Below, piece after piece: positions 20,291 through 28,953 of a DNA stretch of 64,000 bases. The stretch comes from Promethearchaeota archaeon (GTDB lineage Archaea > Asgardarchaeota > Lokiarchaeia > Sigyniarchaeales > SOKP01). The number at the start of each line of letters is the position of its first letter. Position 1 is the first letter of the stretch. The stretch is taken from contig JAUVNS010000005.1 in NCBI GenBank assembly GCA_030599585.1, positions 192,001 through 256,000 on the forward strand, written 5' to 3'. The position numbers and the translations under genes are program-made. The notes under the pieces were generated by a model. That model had not been told where the DNA came from. It ran no database searches and worked only from the letters and a program-made list of their open reading frames with translations.

Positions 20291-20671
20291 ATGTCTATGA
20301 AAATAAAAATTGATCTTTTTGGAATAGGAACCATCAACGGTGAGATAATTCGGTATTTAGCGCCATTATCGGCTGATGCAATAATTAATAAGTTGCCAAT
20401 AATACTAAGAGGAAGGTTTAGTTTTGGATCAAAAGGCTTTTGGACTCTCCCAGGGCTTGAAATTTATAAGGGAACTAATACAAAATCTAATAAAAATGTA
20501 GAGAAAGGCGATATCATATATAATCCTAAATCTGATGAATTAATATTTATTTTAGACGACACAGAATTACAAACTAAAGTAAATAAAATCGGAAAGGTTA
20601 CTGAAAATCTCGAATTCTTTCTGCAAGCGAAGAATGGTTTGAATACCAAAATTTCTAAGATGAAATCATAA
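20291..20671 (+). CDS. Cyclophilin-like fold protein (DUF369-like)
   Basis: AP.SADAIINKLP, VEKGDIIYNP..ELIF, VNKIGKV pattern. Confidence 0.7.
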   Translation: MSMKIKIDLFGIGTINGEIIRYLAPLSADAIINKLPIILRGRFSFGSKGFWTLPGLEIYKGTNTKSNKNVEKGDIIYNPKSDELIFILDDTELQTKVNKIGKVTENLEFFLQAKNGLNTKISKMKS

Positions 20672-20695
20672 GATCAAACTTTTCAGGAGGATAGG

Positions 20696-21520
20696 ATGGC
20701 GATTTCTAACAAATTAGTTGTAGTGTTTACTTTTTTTTATTTGGGAGTTATATTATATTTAATCTTATTTCTCACAGTTCCAGATATTCAAAACGCCATA
20801 ATACAATGGCGACATGAGCTTACAGGACTTACAGAAGGATCTAATTTTCTATTAGCACTTTTCATCTCATTTTTTATCTGTCTTATAGGAAACGCGAGCG
20901 TTGGGTTTCCAATTCCTTACCCATTTATATTGTTTTCGCTTTCAAATTCAATTTACATCAAATATTCAAATCTTGGATTAGCACTAGGTGAAATTCTTTT
21001 GAACGGACCTTTTTGGCTAGAAATACTCCTAATTGCAGTAATAGGAGGCATAGGGAGTGCAATTGGTGAACTTGTTGGATTCTTGATAGGGATGGGTGCT
21101 AAGAAAGTTGTTAAACGAACTCATTCGAAGACCCTTGAAAACGTACAGGGATTTGGTAAATTAGTGTTAGATCATCCAAAATCTATGCATTTATATATTT
21201 TCATTGCAGCAGCTCTACCTATTCCTGACGATCCACTTTGGATAGCTCTAGGGATGTCAGGAAAGAAAATAAATTTCCCCCGCTGTATATTATGGGCTTG
21301 GGCAGGTAAAAATGTAACTACGATTTTTTACGTTACATTTCCAATTTTGCTTTTACTAGGATTTACGGCAACAGGAATAGAAGTAGGGGATATTTCAAGC
21401 GTCATAACAGAATCTATCATGTTATTATTTACGCTTGCTATAATGCAATTCATTTTAAGTTTCAATTGGGAGAAATACTTAGCAAAGAGAAGCGAAAAAA
21501 GATTATCCAACTCGATTTAA
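20696..21520 (+). CDS. DedA/VTT-like membrane protein
   Basis: FPIPY, GIGSAIGELVGFLIG, FIAAALPIPDD..WIALG, WAGK motifs. Confidence 0.8.
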   Translation: MAISNKLVVVFTFFYLGVILYLILFLTVPDIQNAIIQWRHELTGLTEGSNFLLALFISFFICLIGNASVGFPIPYPFILFSLSNSIYIKYSNLGLALGEILLNGPFWLEILLIAVIGGIGSAIGELVGFLIGMGAKKVVKRTHSKTLENVQGFGKLVLDHPKSMHLYIFIAAALPIPDDPLWIALGMSGKKINFPRCILWAWAGKNVTTIFYVTFPILLLLGFTATGIEVGDISSVITESIMLLFTLAIMQFILSFNWEKYLAKRSEKRLSNSI

Positions 21521-21537
21521 AGAAACAAGTATAAAAT

Positions 21538-21705
21538 TTACTTTTCGTTATTCTTTAGGCAGTTTTTACAAACGAACACGACCTTTCGCTTATCTTTTGA
21601 ATTCTCGTCGTAGTAGACTCGTTTATATATATAATTATTACAGACATTGCAGAAAGCGGTTGTTCGAGCCTCTTCTAATAAGGGCCCTAGGTTTTCAAAA
21701 GTCAT
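21538..21705 (-). CDS. Small CxxC...CxxC zinc-finger protein (55 aa)
   Basis: Manual translation MTFENLGPLLEEARTTAFCNVCNNYIYKRVYYDENSKDKRKVVFVCKNCLKNNEK*; ATG 9 nt after the Alba stop; shorter than any ORF in the track. Confidence 0.75.
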   Translation of the reverse strand: MTFENLGPLLEEARTTAFCNVCNNYIYKRVYYDENSKDKRKVVFVCKNCLKNNEK

Positions 21706-21714
21706 AAATCAATT

Positions 21715-22044
21715 CTAGAGTGATTTTGAGAGGGTTATTTCGATTTTAGAAATTAAATCCTTTTTATTTTTATTATTATAATTGTTTCTGTTGTTTTTTC
21801 GATAGTTATTCCTTTGCCTATTTTCATAGAAGGGACGGCTCCCTAACGAGACCTTTGCTATTTCTACTCCGGGATACATTCGTTTTTTTAAGATTTCAGC
21901 AACTTCAACCGCAGTTGAAATTTCTTCTCCTTCCCCTTTTATTAATAGCGATTTTGTCCCTCCTGAAAATGCAAAAATTGCATCCTTTATAGTTTTCTCC
22001 CGATCTGTTCGATTTCTTATTATTAGGGTTGTACTAATAGGCAT
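21715..22044 (-). CDS. Alba-family DNA/RNA-binding protein with Asn/Arg-rich insertion
   Basis: LLIKGEGEEISTAVEVAEILKKR...V.LGS...ISKIEITL matches the Alba core. Confidence 0.8.
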   Translation of the reverse strand: MPISTTLIIRNRTDREKTIKDAIFAFSGGTKSLLIKGEGEEISTAVEVAEILKKRMYPGVEIAKVSLGSRPFYENRQRNNYRKNNRNNYNNKNKKDLISKIEITLSKSL

Positions 22045-22245
22045 GAAAAAACCTCATTACCAATTATTTGCTAAGTTTGATTTAAAAGCAGTCTATATAC
22101 TAGATATACATCAAGTAATATAAAAGTTATTCAAATTATTTACTGAAAACAATACTTAAAAAGCAATTATGTGAATGACCTTTTAAATAAAACGATAAAT
22201 TAAACTTTCACTTTGCGACAATTCATGGATATATAATGTTAAAGT

Positions 22246-23445
22246 TTATAAATTGAATTCAGCACGACTCATTAAATCATCTAATACCTTGCTATATTCA
22301 GAAATCCTTTCCTCGAAATGTTCAATTATTTTTCGTTCATCTGTATCTAGATAATCAAAAAAGGGTGAAATTTTTTCTATTTTTTTGGTAAAATCATTCA
22401 TGATTTTTGTGTACCACTCGTTCGGCTTAGACAATATTTCATTTAGCTTTTTTTTGTATTTCGCCTTCTTTTTATTGAATTCATGATTATTCTTCTCAGC
22501 GTTGAGTTCAGAAAGATTTGTCTCATACTTTTTTAATTCTTTTTCAATTTTTTCTCTAAACTTTGGAATTCTGTAGATTTTTTTGTTGATATCAGGATCC
22601 CATTCATATAAATAGTAATCCTCGGTTTCAGCTTCTATTTCATCGTCGGTTATTTTAATGTCTCTTTTTAAAACCATAATAAGACCGAAATTCCTTTGAA
22701 GTTGAGCAAGATATCTTTTTCGTAAAATTTCGTCTATGTATTTAATTTCAGTTAGAACGCCCTTCATGTTTTTATTGATTTCTTTTACTACTTTATCAAC
22801 ATTTTTAACCATCTTCTCCATAGTGCCTTCAAACTTTAATTCTATTGAGTTTGAATACGTAGCGAACATACCGCGGTCAGGATTTTTCAATCTTATTCCA
22901 GCTATTCCTAAATAATATGATTTAGATTCCTTTTGGCAATGATCAAAAACAAGAGCAATAGCAAATGGGTTAACTCCTTGGTAAAAAAGTTGTGTTTCAA
23001 TATCTCTAGGTGAAAAAATAAATCCGATTCCCGGATGAGTGTGCCACCAGCCTACGAAGAAATCTTCTTTATCATCTTGAATTGCTCTCTCAAAAATCGC
23101 AGTATTAAACTGAGCTGTGTCAACATAATGCTTACTCTTATATTCAACATATGCTCTATCGCCAACCATAACGGGGATTGCATCCTTAATGACTACTTCT
23201 TTATTTTCCTTAATCGACCCAATTAATATACCGTAAACTTCACGCCAGGTTTTTTGAGGAAGGTCGTTGTTCCCGTATCTCATTGCATAACCAACAATGC
23301 GTTTATAAGCGTTGTATGACAAAAATACCGGCGTGATTGCCGGATCAATCCCGTACTTTTGAATGTAGGAATCTCTATTTGACATTTCGATGATTTCATT
23401 AGTATCGGATAATAAATTATCTTCCTTTTCTTTTTGAAGTTTCAA
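22246..23445 (-). CDS. MPN/JAB (JAMM) metalloprotease-domain protein with long helical C-terminus
   Basis: EVYGILIG and VGWWHTHPG.....SPRD..TQ intact JAMM motif, ALVFD; coiled-coil-like C-terminal half. Confidence 0.85.
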   Translation of the reverse strand: MKLQKEKEDNLLSDTNEIIEMSNRDSYIQKYGIDPAITPVFLSYNAYKRIVGYAMRYGNNDLPQKTWREVYGILIGSIKENKEVVIKDAIPVMVGDRAYVEYKSKHYVDTAQFNTAIFERAIQDDKEDFFVGWWHTHPGIGFIFSPRDIETQLFYQGVNPFAIALVFDHCQKESKSYYLGIAGIRLKNPDRGMFATYSNSIELKFEGTMEKMVKNVDKVVKEINKNMKGVLTEIKYIDEILRKRYLAQLQRNFGLIMVLKRDIKITDDEIEAETEDYYLYEWDPDINKKIYRIPKFREKIEKELKKYETNLSELNAEKNNHEFNKKKAKYKKKLNEILSKPNEWYTKIMNDFTKKIEKISPFFDYLDTDERKIIEHFEERISEYSKVLDDLMSRAEFNL

Positions 23446-23642
23446 TGCTCTTAACCTAATTATTAATAGTTTTAAATCGACTAAATCTGCTTAGTGAGCT
23501 TGTAATGAATCCGTATAGTTTTCTAATCTCGTAATAGATTTAACTATTTATTGGATAAATTTAAAACTTTTAAATTTATCAATCTTTTTAACAAATTAGA
23601 AAGTTCACACATTTAATTTATTAGATCGATTAAGTTACCTTC

Positions 23643-24185
23643 ATGAAAGTTATAGGATTTTGTGGATTACCCGGTTCAGGTAAATCAACCGTCTTGAAAG
23701 CTATAGAGGATTTAGGGACCATAATAACGATGGGGGATGTTATAAGAGACGAAGCGAACCACAGAAACATCGCCCCTAGTGATGAGAATTTGGGGAAGAT
23801 AGCCTTAGAATTGCGAAAAAATTACGGGCCAGAGATTATTGCTGAGAAATGCGTGAGTTTAATTAAAAAGTTAGAAAGTAATGTGTTTTTTATAGATGGG
23901 TTGAGATCTATGGCAGAAGTTATAGTTTTTAGAAAATACTGGAAATTTCCATTAATTTCAACTATAGTAGATGAAAAAATTAGGTATGAAAGGCTTTCTA
24001 ACAGAAAAAGACCTGATGATCCAAATTCTTTAAGCGAGGTACGGGATAGAGATCAACGAGAAATTCGATTCGGCTTAAATGAAGTTATAGAAAACGCGAA
24101 TTATACAATAAATAATAATTTATTAGAAGTGGATGTTCAGCAAGAAACGCGCGCTTTGATTTTTAAAATTATAGAAAATTATTAA
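23643..24185 (+). CDS. P-loop nucleotide kinase (UPF0200, archaeal dephospho-CoA kinase-like)
   Basis: GLPGSGKS, MGDVIR, IDGLRS..E, R.R.DD....RD.RE..FG. Confidence 0.85.
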   Translation: MKVIGFCGLPGSGKSTVLKAIEDLGTIITMGDVIRDEANHRNIAPSDENLGKIALELRKNYGPEIIAEKCVSLIKKLESNVFFIDGLRSMAEVIVFRKYWKFPLISTIVDEKIRYERLSNRKRPDDPNSLSEVRDRDQREIRFGLNEVIENANYTINNNLLEVDVQQETRALIFKIIENY

Positions 24186-24189
24186 AAAT

Positions 24190-25092
24190 TCATTTCAAAT
24201 AATCTACAATAGCTTTCGATAATGAAACTTTACTTACTTCATTATCAATAGAATCTGTTCCGATTATATCATCTGCTCCTGCATTAAATATCCGATATCT
24301 TGCATTTTGTAATAAAAGGGCATGGGTTGCTACAGCAAATATTCTATTAGCCCCCCCCTTCTTTAAAATTTTTATGGCTTTAGCCATCGTTCCGCCCGTG
24401 GCAATTATATCGTCTGAAATGATGACATCTCTACCTTTTAAGCTTAATTTTCCCGACATTGTTATCTCTCCCGATTTAACATCTCGAACTTTTTCAAAAT
24501 AATCTACTGGTACGTTATCTCCAAAACGCTTCGCAAATGCTTTAGATCTTTCTACAGCACCTTTGTCAGGAGCGACCACTACAATGTTTTCAATGTTTAA
24601 AGATTTAATATAATCCGCTAAAATTTTCATGGAATCTATATTCACACACTTACATTGGATTTCTTCTAAGGATTTTGGAGAGTGGATATCAACAACATAG
24701 AGTTCATCAATTCGCATTGAATCTATAAGTTTTAGAACCAATTGAGCAAATTTACATTCTCCTGGTCTAAAAACACTATCTTGGCGAGCATATGCTAGAT
24801 AAGGAACAACAACAACTATTTTGGCAGCACCCATTCTCTTAACAGCTTCGATCATCATTAAAAGTTCGATTAACCGTCCATTTTGGTTTTCGCTTGAGCT
24901 CGGGCCTGTTGATTGGACAATTATAACTTCATTTCCTTCTATTAAGGAATCATCGCTTATGTTTATTCTAAGGTAGTTTTCTCCATCAGGAAAGGTTTTT
25001 GTTTCGGTGTTAAAGTAATCAATGTCTAAACCCTTAGCAATTCTTATCCCAAGTATTTGACTTGCTGGACCCACGATTAATATCTTTTTCAT
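24190..25092 (-). CDS. prs: Ribose-phosphate pyrophosphokinase
   Basis: FPDGE.Y.R, PYLAYARQD, APDKGA, DDIIATGGT. Confidence 0.95.
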   Translation of the reverse strand: MKKILIVGPASQILGIRIAKGLDIDYFNTETKTFPDGENYLRINISDDSLIEGNEVIIVQSTGPSSSENQNGRLIELLMMIEAVKRMGAAKIVVVVPYLAYARQDSVFRPGECKFAQLVLKLIDSMRIDELYVVDIHSPKSLEEIQCKCVNIDSMKILADYIKSLNIENIVVVAPDKGAVERSKAFAKRFGDNVPVDYFEKVRDVKSGEITMSGKLSLKGRDVIISDDIIATGGTMAKAIKILKKGGANRIFAVATHALLLQNARYRIFNAGADDIIGTDSIDNEVSKVSLSKAIVDYLK

Positions 25093-25146
25093 ACAGTATC
25101 ACTTTTTTATATTAACTTTTTACATTTTAACATATTATTCCATTTC

Positions 25147-25866
25147 TTATATTTTTTGTATAAACTTAAGAGAAGCATTAAAAATATCGTCTCTATGACT
25201 TTTAAAAGAATGACCTCCCTCTTCAAATTGGATCACATTCTCCGCATTTAAACCGAGTTGTTTTTTTATCTGCGAGAGGTTAGAGAACGGAATTCTACTG
25301 TCATCTTTACAATGGGCTATCAGAATTCTTTTATTGTTTGATGGCTCGTTTTTTAGAAAATATTTAGGGCTAATTTTCTGAATAATTTCTTCTTGAAATT
25401 TTATAGTAGTCGTATGGTAATCGTATCTTGTACACAGAGCAATCAAAGCTTTTACTTTTTTGTTAAGGAAACCATGTGTTAATATAATTGCACCCCCCAT
25501 GCTCCTTCCAAATAGAATTATTTTTTCTTCCAAGAGTCTATAAGACTGATGAGTAAGCACCCAATCAATTACAATTTCGATGTCGGAAAATATTTGAACA
25601 GCCATTCTATCCCATCTAGATCCCGTTTGCTTTTTAGTTTCTCCATGAGCGCGGTAATCGTAAGATAACACGTAAAATCCAGCGGCAACGAACTTTTCTG
25701 TATAATACTTAACAAAATAACTCTCGCGATGATCTAATAATCCCGCTAGATTGATTATAAAAAGTGCTTTCTTGGGTGTGTTAGGACTAGAATAAATGGT
25801 TCCCTTAAGAAAAAAATCTTCATCTTTGATTGGAATATCTATATTTTCAATTTCTAAATTATTCAT
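25147..25866 (-). CDS. Alpha/beta hydrolase
   Basis: YDYRAHGE, GRSMGG nucleophile elbow, H..DD.RIP, GGHSF. Confidence 0.9.
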   Translation of the reverse strand: MNNLEIENIDIPIKDEDFFLKGTIYSSPNTPKKALFIINLAGLLDHRESYFVKYYTEKFVAAGFYVLSYDYRAHGETKKQTGSRWDRMAVQIFSDIEIVIDWVLTHQSYRLLEEKIILFGRSMGGAIILTHGFLNKKVKALIALCTRYDYHTTTIKFQEEIIQKISPKYFLKNEPSNNKRILIAHCKDDSRIPFSNLSQIKKQLGLNAENVIQFEEGGHSFKSHRDDIFNASLKFIQKI

Positions 25867-25877
25867 TTTTTAACTAT

Positions 25878-26318
25878 TTAATCCCTTGTGCTTTTGTATT
25901 TCGTAATAAGATTTCTTAAAGCATTTACTGCCAGTTCTAAACTATGCTTATGATCGTCTGGTAATCCATTTAAAGCAAGGTCTATATCCTCGGGTTTTAG
26001 GTTTTCAGCAAACTCTAAAGATTTCCCCTCAATTAATATAGTTGTTTGACTTCCAGTTGCTACAGTTGCTCCACAGCCATCAGTAAAAAAATGAGCGTTT
26101 TTAATAATATCGTCTTGAATCGTTAAATAAAATTCCATCGTATCATTTTTATCTCCTTTGGATGAATGAGATATTGTGAATTTAACCGGTTTTCCCCAAT
26201 TTTTAGGGTTATGAAACAAATTTACAATGTGTTCGTTAAAATCGTGTATTTCTTTATTAATGATCTCCTCTTGAAGTTCCTCAACAAATTTGTCAAAATT
26301 TTCCTTACTCTGGGGCAT
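25878..26318 (-). CDS. IscU/NifU-like scaffold-fold protein (only one Cys retained)
   Basis: F.NPKNWG, DTM.FYL, FFTDGCG.T.A.GS, L.GLP...KH motifs. Confidence 0.8.
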   Translation of the reverse strand: MPQSKENFDKFVEELQEEIINKEIHDFNEHIVNLFHNPKNWGKPVKFTISHSSKGDKNDTMEFYLTIQDDIIKNAHFFTDGCGATVATGSQTTILIEGKSLEFAENLKPEDIDLALNGLPDDHKHSLELAVNALRNLITKYKSTRD

Positions 26319-26319
26319 C

Positions 26320-26607
26320 TTATTTAGAATCCCCCAAGTGTCGAAGTACGTGTTTTTCTAGTCGAATTTTTCTGTCAATTTCTTCATTAAGTTTGCCATA
26401 TTTATCTAATATGTCGATTATATCTTTATTCAACTTGTTATGCTCTTGTAGACAGCCACTCTTCTTTAAAAAATCTTCTCCGTGCCTTAACGCGGTTAAA
26501 TTTTCCGTAATTTTAACTAATTCAGTTGCGATTACGCTATTTATATAAATTAGATCTGAAAACATATTTTTCATGTATAATACTAATTTTATTTGGTCAG
26601 CAGACAT
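26320..26607 (-). CDS. Hypothetical helical protein
   Basis: 95-aa ORF abutting the IscU-like gene (1-nt gap). Confidence 0.7.
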   Translation of the reverse strand: MSADQIKLVLYMKNMFSDLIYINSVIATELVKITENLTALRHGEDFLKKSGCLQEHNKLNKDIIDILDKYGKLNEEIDRKIRLEKHVLRHLGDSK

Positions 26608-26646
26608 AATAAAATAAAAGCTTTCTAGAAATTAATTCATTATTAT

Positions 26647-28350
26647 TTAAAAAAAGATTAAAAAATAAATCATCATATAAAATAAGCTCCCGAAAATAAG
26701 ACCAAATATACCACTCATTCTTATTAGAAAAGTCTTTTTCATCTCAGGTTCCATAATTTCCTTTGGAAAATGTTTCAAATTCTTTACGAATTGCTTAATA
26801 ATATTGTTTTCCTTTAATTTTAGACTGACTTGAACTCTATAAGTTATAGATGGCGATTTAACTTCAATGAAATCTATCGGAAAGCATAAGTAAAGAATAA
26901 ATAATACGATTATAAGCACCCACAACAAAGTACTAATCACATTATCTATTCTTAATGTTACAGTATCTGCCGCTATCCATCCTTCCAATTGTTGAAGCGT
27001 GAGAAACACTAGAAGTCCACATATTCCAAAAACATCAAAAAAATCTATTTTTCTATACCATTTTTTTACGCTTATTGATTCTACATTTTTCGCAGCGATA
27101 TAGTGAAATTTTTGTAGGAATTCTCGCTTGAACTTAAATTCTTTTGATTCTTCGTTAAAATTAAACGAATCTCCATTCTTTTTGCTAAAGTCGGAAAGCA
27201 CGGCTTTTACAATCAACATTGAACCATACATTAAAGCGAACCACCATACCTGAGGACCAAATAATACCATTTGCGTGAGCATTATAAGAGCAATTGTTAT
27301 TAAAAATAATCCAAAGATGAGCTTAAATAATTGAAAATTAGTTGAATTAACACTCGAGAATACCTTCTCATCATCGTTCTTTTCTATATCTCGTAAACTT
27401 GGATTACAATCTAATAAATTGGCAAAATTTTCTTTAAAATGTGATTTGTTCTTCAATTTAATCGGTGAAAACCACATTTCATATAGTTTTTCTTTCGTAG
27501 CAATTTCGAAGTATTTTTGCTGAAATATCACTAAAATAACTAAAACTAGGATGTCAATAAAAGACAATACGATAAAAGTCCATGACAATACGAAGTCTGG
27601 CCCTGCATTTTCTACAGCAAGTAAGGGAAATGCTGTCATGAGTTGTAAGATGATAAAAGGGATAAATAGAATAATCCACGCTAATTTGGGGCCGAAATGA
27701 TTATTTTGGAATCGTACGAATTCGATATCTTTTTTCGGAATTTCGGTTAACCATGCAAACCCAGGTCTAATTTCGGAAAAGAAAAGAAAGTTCTTCGACT
27801 TGGAAAATATACCTCGAAATGGACTCAGAATAAAATAAATTAATAAGCCAAGACCAGTCATTAGCATGGGAAAACCAGTAACATAAAACCAGGAGGGTCC
27901 ACCAAGAAATATAGCGCTACCTAGCTCAACTTCGTGTCCAACATCATCTCCAAAAATAAAATACGAAATAAGTCCGTTTAATATTAAGAGTACAGAGGCT
28001 ATGAGTCTTGTAAGAGCAAACGAATTAAATTTCACATAATCTTCAACCGGTTCTCTTAAGTCTCGCATTTTTTTAAAAGTTAAAGAGTTTTCCCGAATGT
28101 AGTAGGGCGTTATATAATATTTCGAAGCAATTATACCCCCAAATATAATAATCAAGATGCTTACGATGAGTGAGAGATTAGAACCGTTAAGAGTTATCTC
28201 AAAATTAAATCCTATAAAAGTGAATATACAACCTAAAAGAATTATAAATAAGCCTGTTAAAAGAAAAATATAGCGTAATATTCGTTTTTTGGGATGTATT
28301 GATTTTAAATTCTCAATTTCTTCGTTGGTTAAATATGTCATTGAAAGCAC
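26647..28350 (-). CDS. Hypothetical multi-pass membrane protein
   Basis: About 11 TM helices in pairs separated by soluble beta-rich loops. Confidence 0.8.
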   Translation of the reverse strand: MLSMTYLTNEEIENLKSIHPKKRILRYIFLLTGLFIILLGCIFTFIGFNFEITLNGSNLSLIVSILIIIFGGIIASKYYITPYYIRENSLTFKKMRDLREPVEDYVKFNSFALTRLIASVLLILNGLISYFIFGDDVGHEVELGSAIFLGGPSWFYVTGFPMLMTGLGLLIYFILSPFRGIFSKSKNFLFFSEIRPGFAWLTEIPKKDIEFVRFQNNHFGPKLAWIILFIPFIILQLMTAFPLLAVENAGPDFVLSWTFIVLSFIDILVLVILVIFQQKYFEIATKEKLYEMWFSPIKLKNKSHFKENFANLLDCNPSLRDIEKNDDEKVFSSVNSTNFQLFKLIFGLFLITIALIMLTQMVLFGPQVWWFALMYGSMLIVKAVLSDFSKKNGDSFNFNEESKEFKFKREFLQKFHYIAAKNVESISVKKWYRKIDFFDVFGICGLLVFLTLQQLEGWIAADTVTLRIDNVISTLLWVLIIVLFILYLCFPIDFIEVKSPSITYRVQVSLKLKENNIIKQFVKNLKHFPKEIMEPEMKKTFLIRMSGIFGLIFGSLFYMMIYFLIFF

Positions 28351-28458
28351 GCAATTTTTTTTAATTAATAATACATTTTTTGTTTTTATCTTTAATAAAA
28401 GTTCAATTTTAAAATTAGACTAAAATCTTAATTACGCAACAAAAAAATTAGACGAAAA

Positions 28459-28935
28459 ATGGATTATAAATACTTTCATGATGGTTTACTATCATTATCA
28501 GTTGTTCAAATTGTCTTCTCATCAACATTATTACTTGGGTCTATTATTTTAAAGCCTTATATTGCCTTGGAGCCAGACGAAAGAGATTTTATAATACTCT
28601 TAGCCTCAGTAAATCTTGCTTTTAGCTTTTACTATTTAATAGAAGCTCTAAAGTTGGACAGCGTATTTTGTTTAGAGGAAAAGCATATTTTCAAATTTGG
28701 AAAGAGAATTGGAGTAGTATCGTTAACATATACACCTCATCTATTTGTTTTTATCTCGCTATTGTTAATTGATTTGCACGATCTTCAACTGATGATGGTA
28801 ATCTTAAACTTAATTATAGAAACATTTTTACTCGGAATTGTATTTAAAGAAATTTACGATATTCTCTTTAAGGAGGAGTCTGAAAGAAAATTTGAGCTGG
28901 AACAAAATCGAAAATTATATTTTGAAAAAAAGTAA
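28459..28935 (+). CDS. Hypothetical membrane protein (4 TM)
   Basis: Hydrophobic ORF, 158 aa. Confidence 0.7.
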   Translation: MDYKYFHDGLLSLSVVQIVFSSTLLLGSIILKPYIALEPDERDFIILLASVNLAFSFYYLIEALKLDSVFCLEEKHIFKFGKRIGVVSLTYTPHLFVFISLLLIDLHDLQLMMVILNLIIETFLLGIVFKEIYDILFKEESERKFELEQNRKLYFEKK

Positions 28936-28953
28936 ATTAAGATAATGTAATTA

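Noticed and set aside
23481-23543. TAAATCT...AGATTTA inverted repeat upstream of the MPN gene
   Set aside because: Short AT-rich arms with no convincing internal pairing; compatible with chance.
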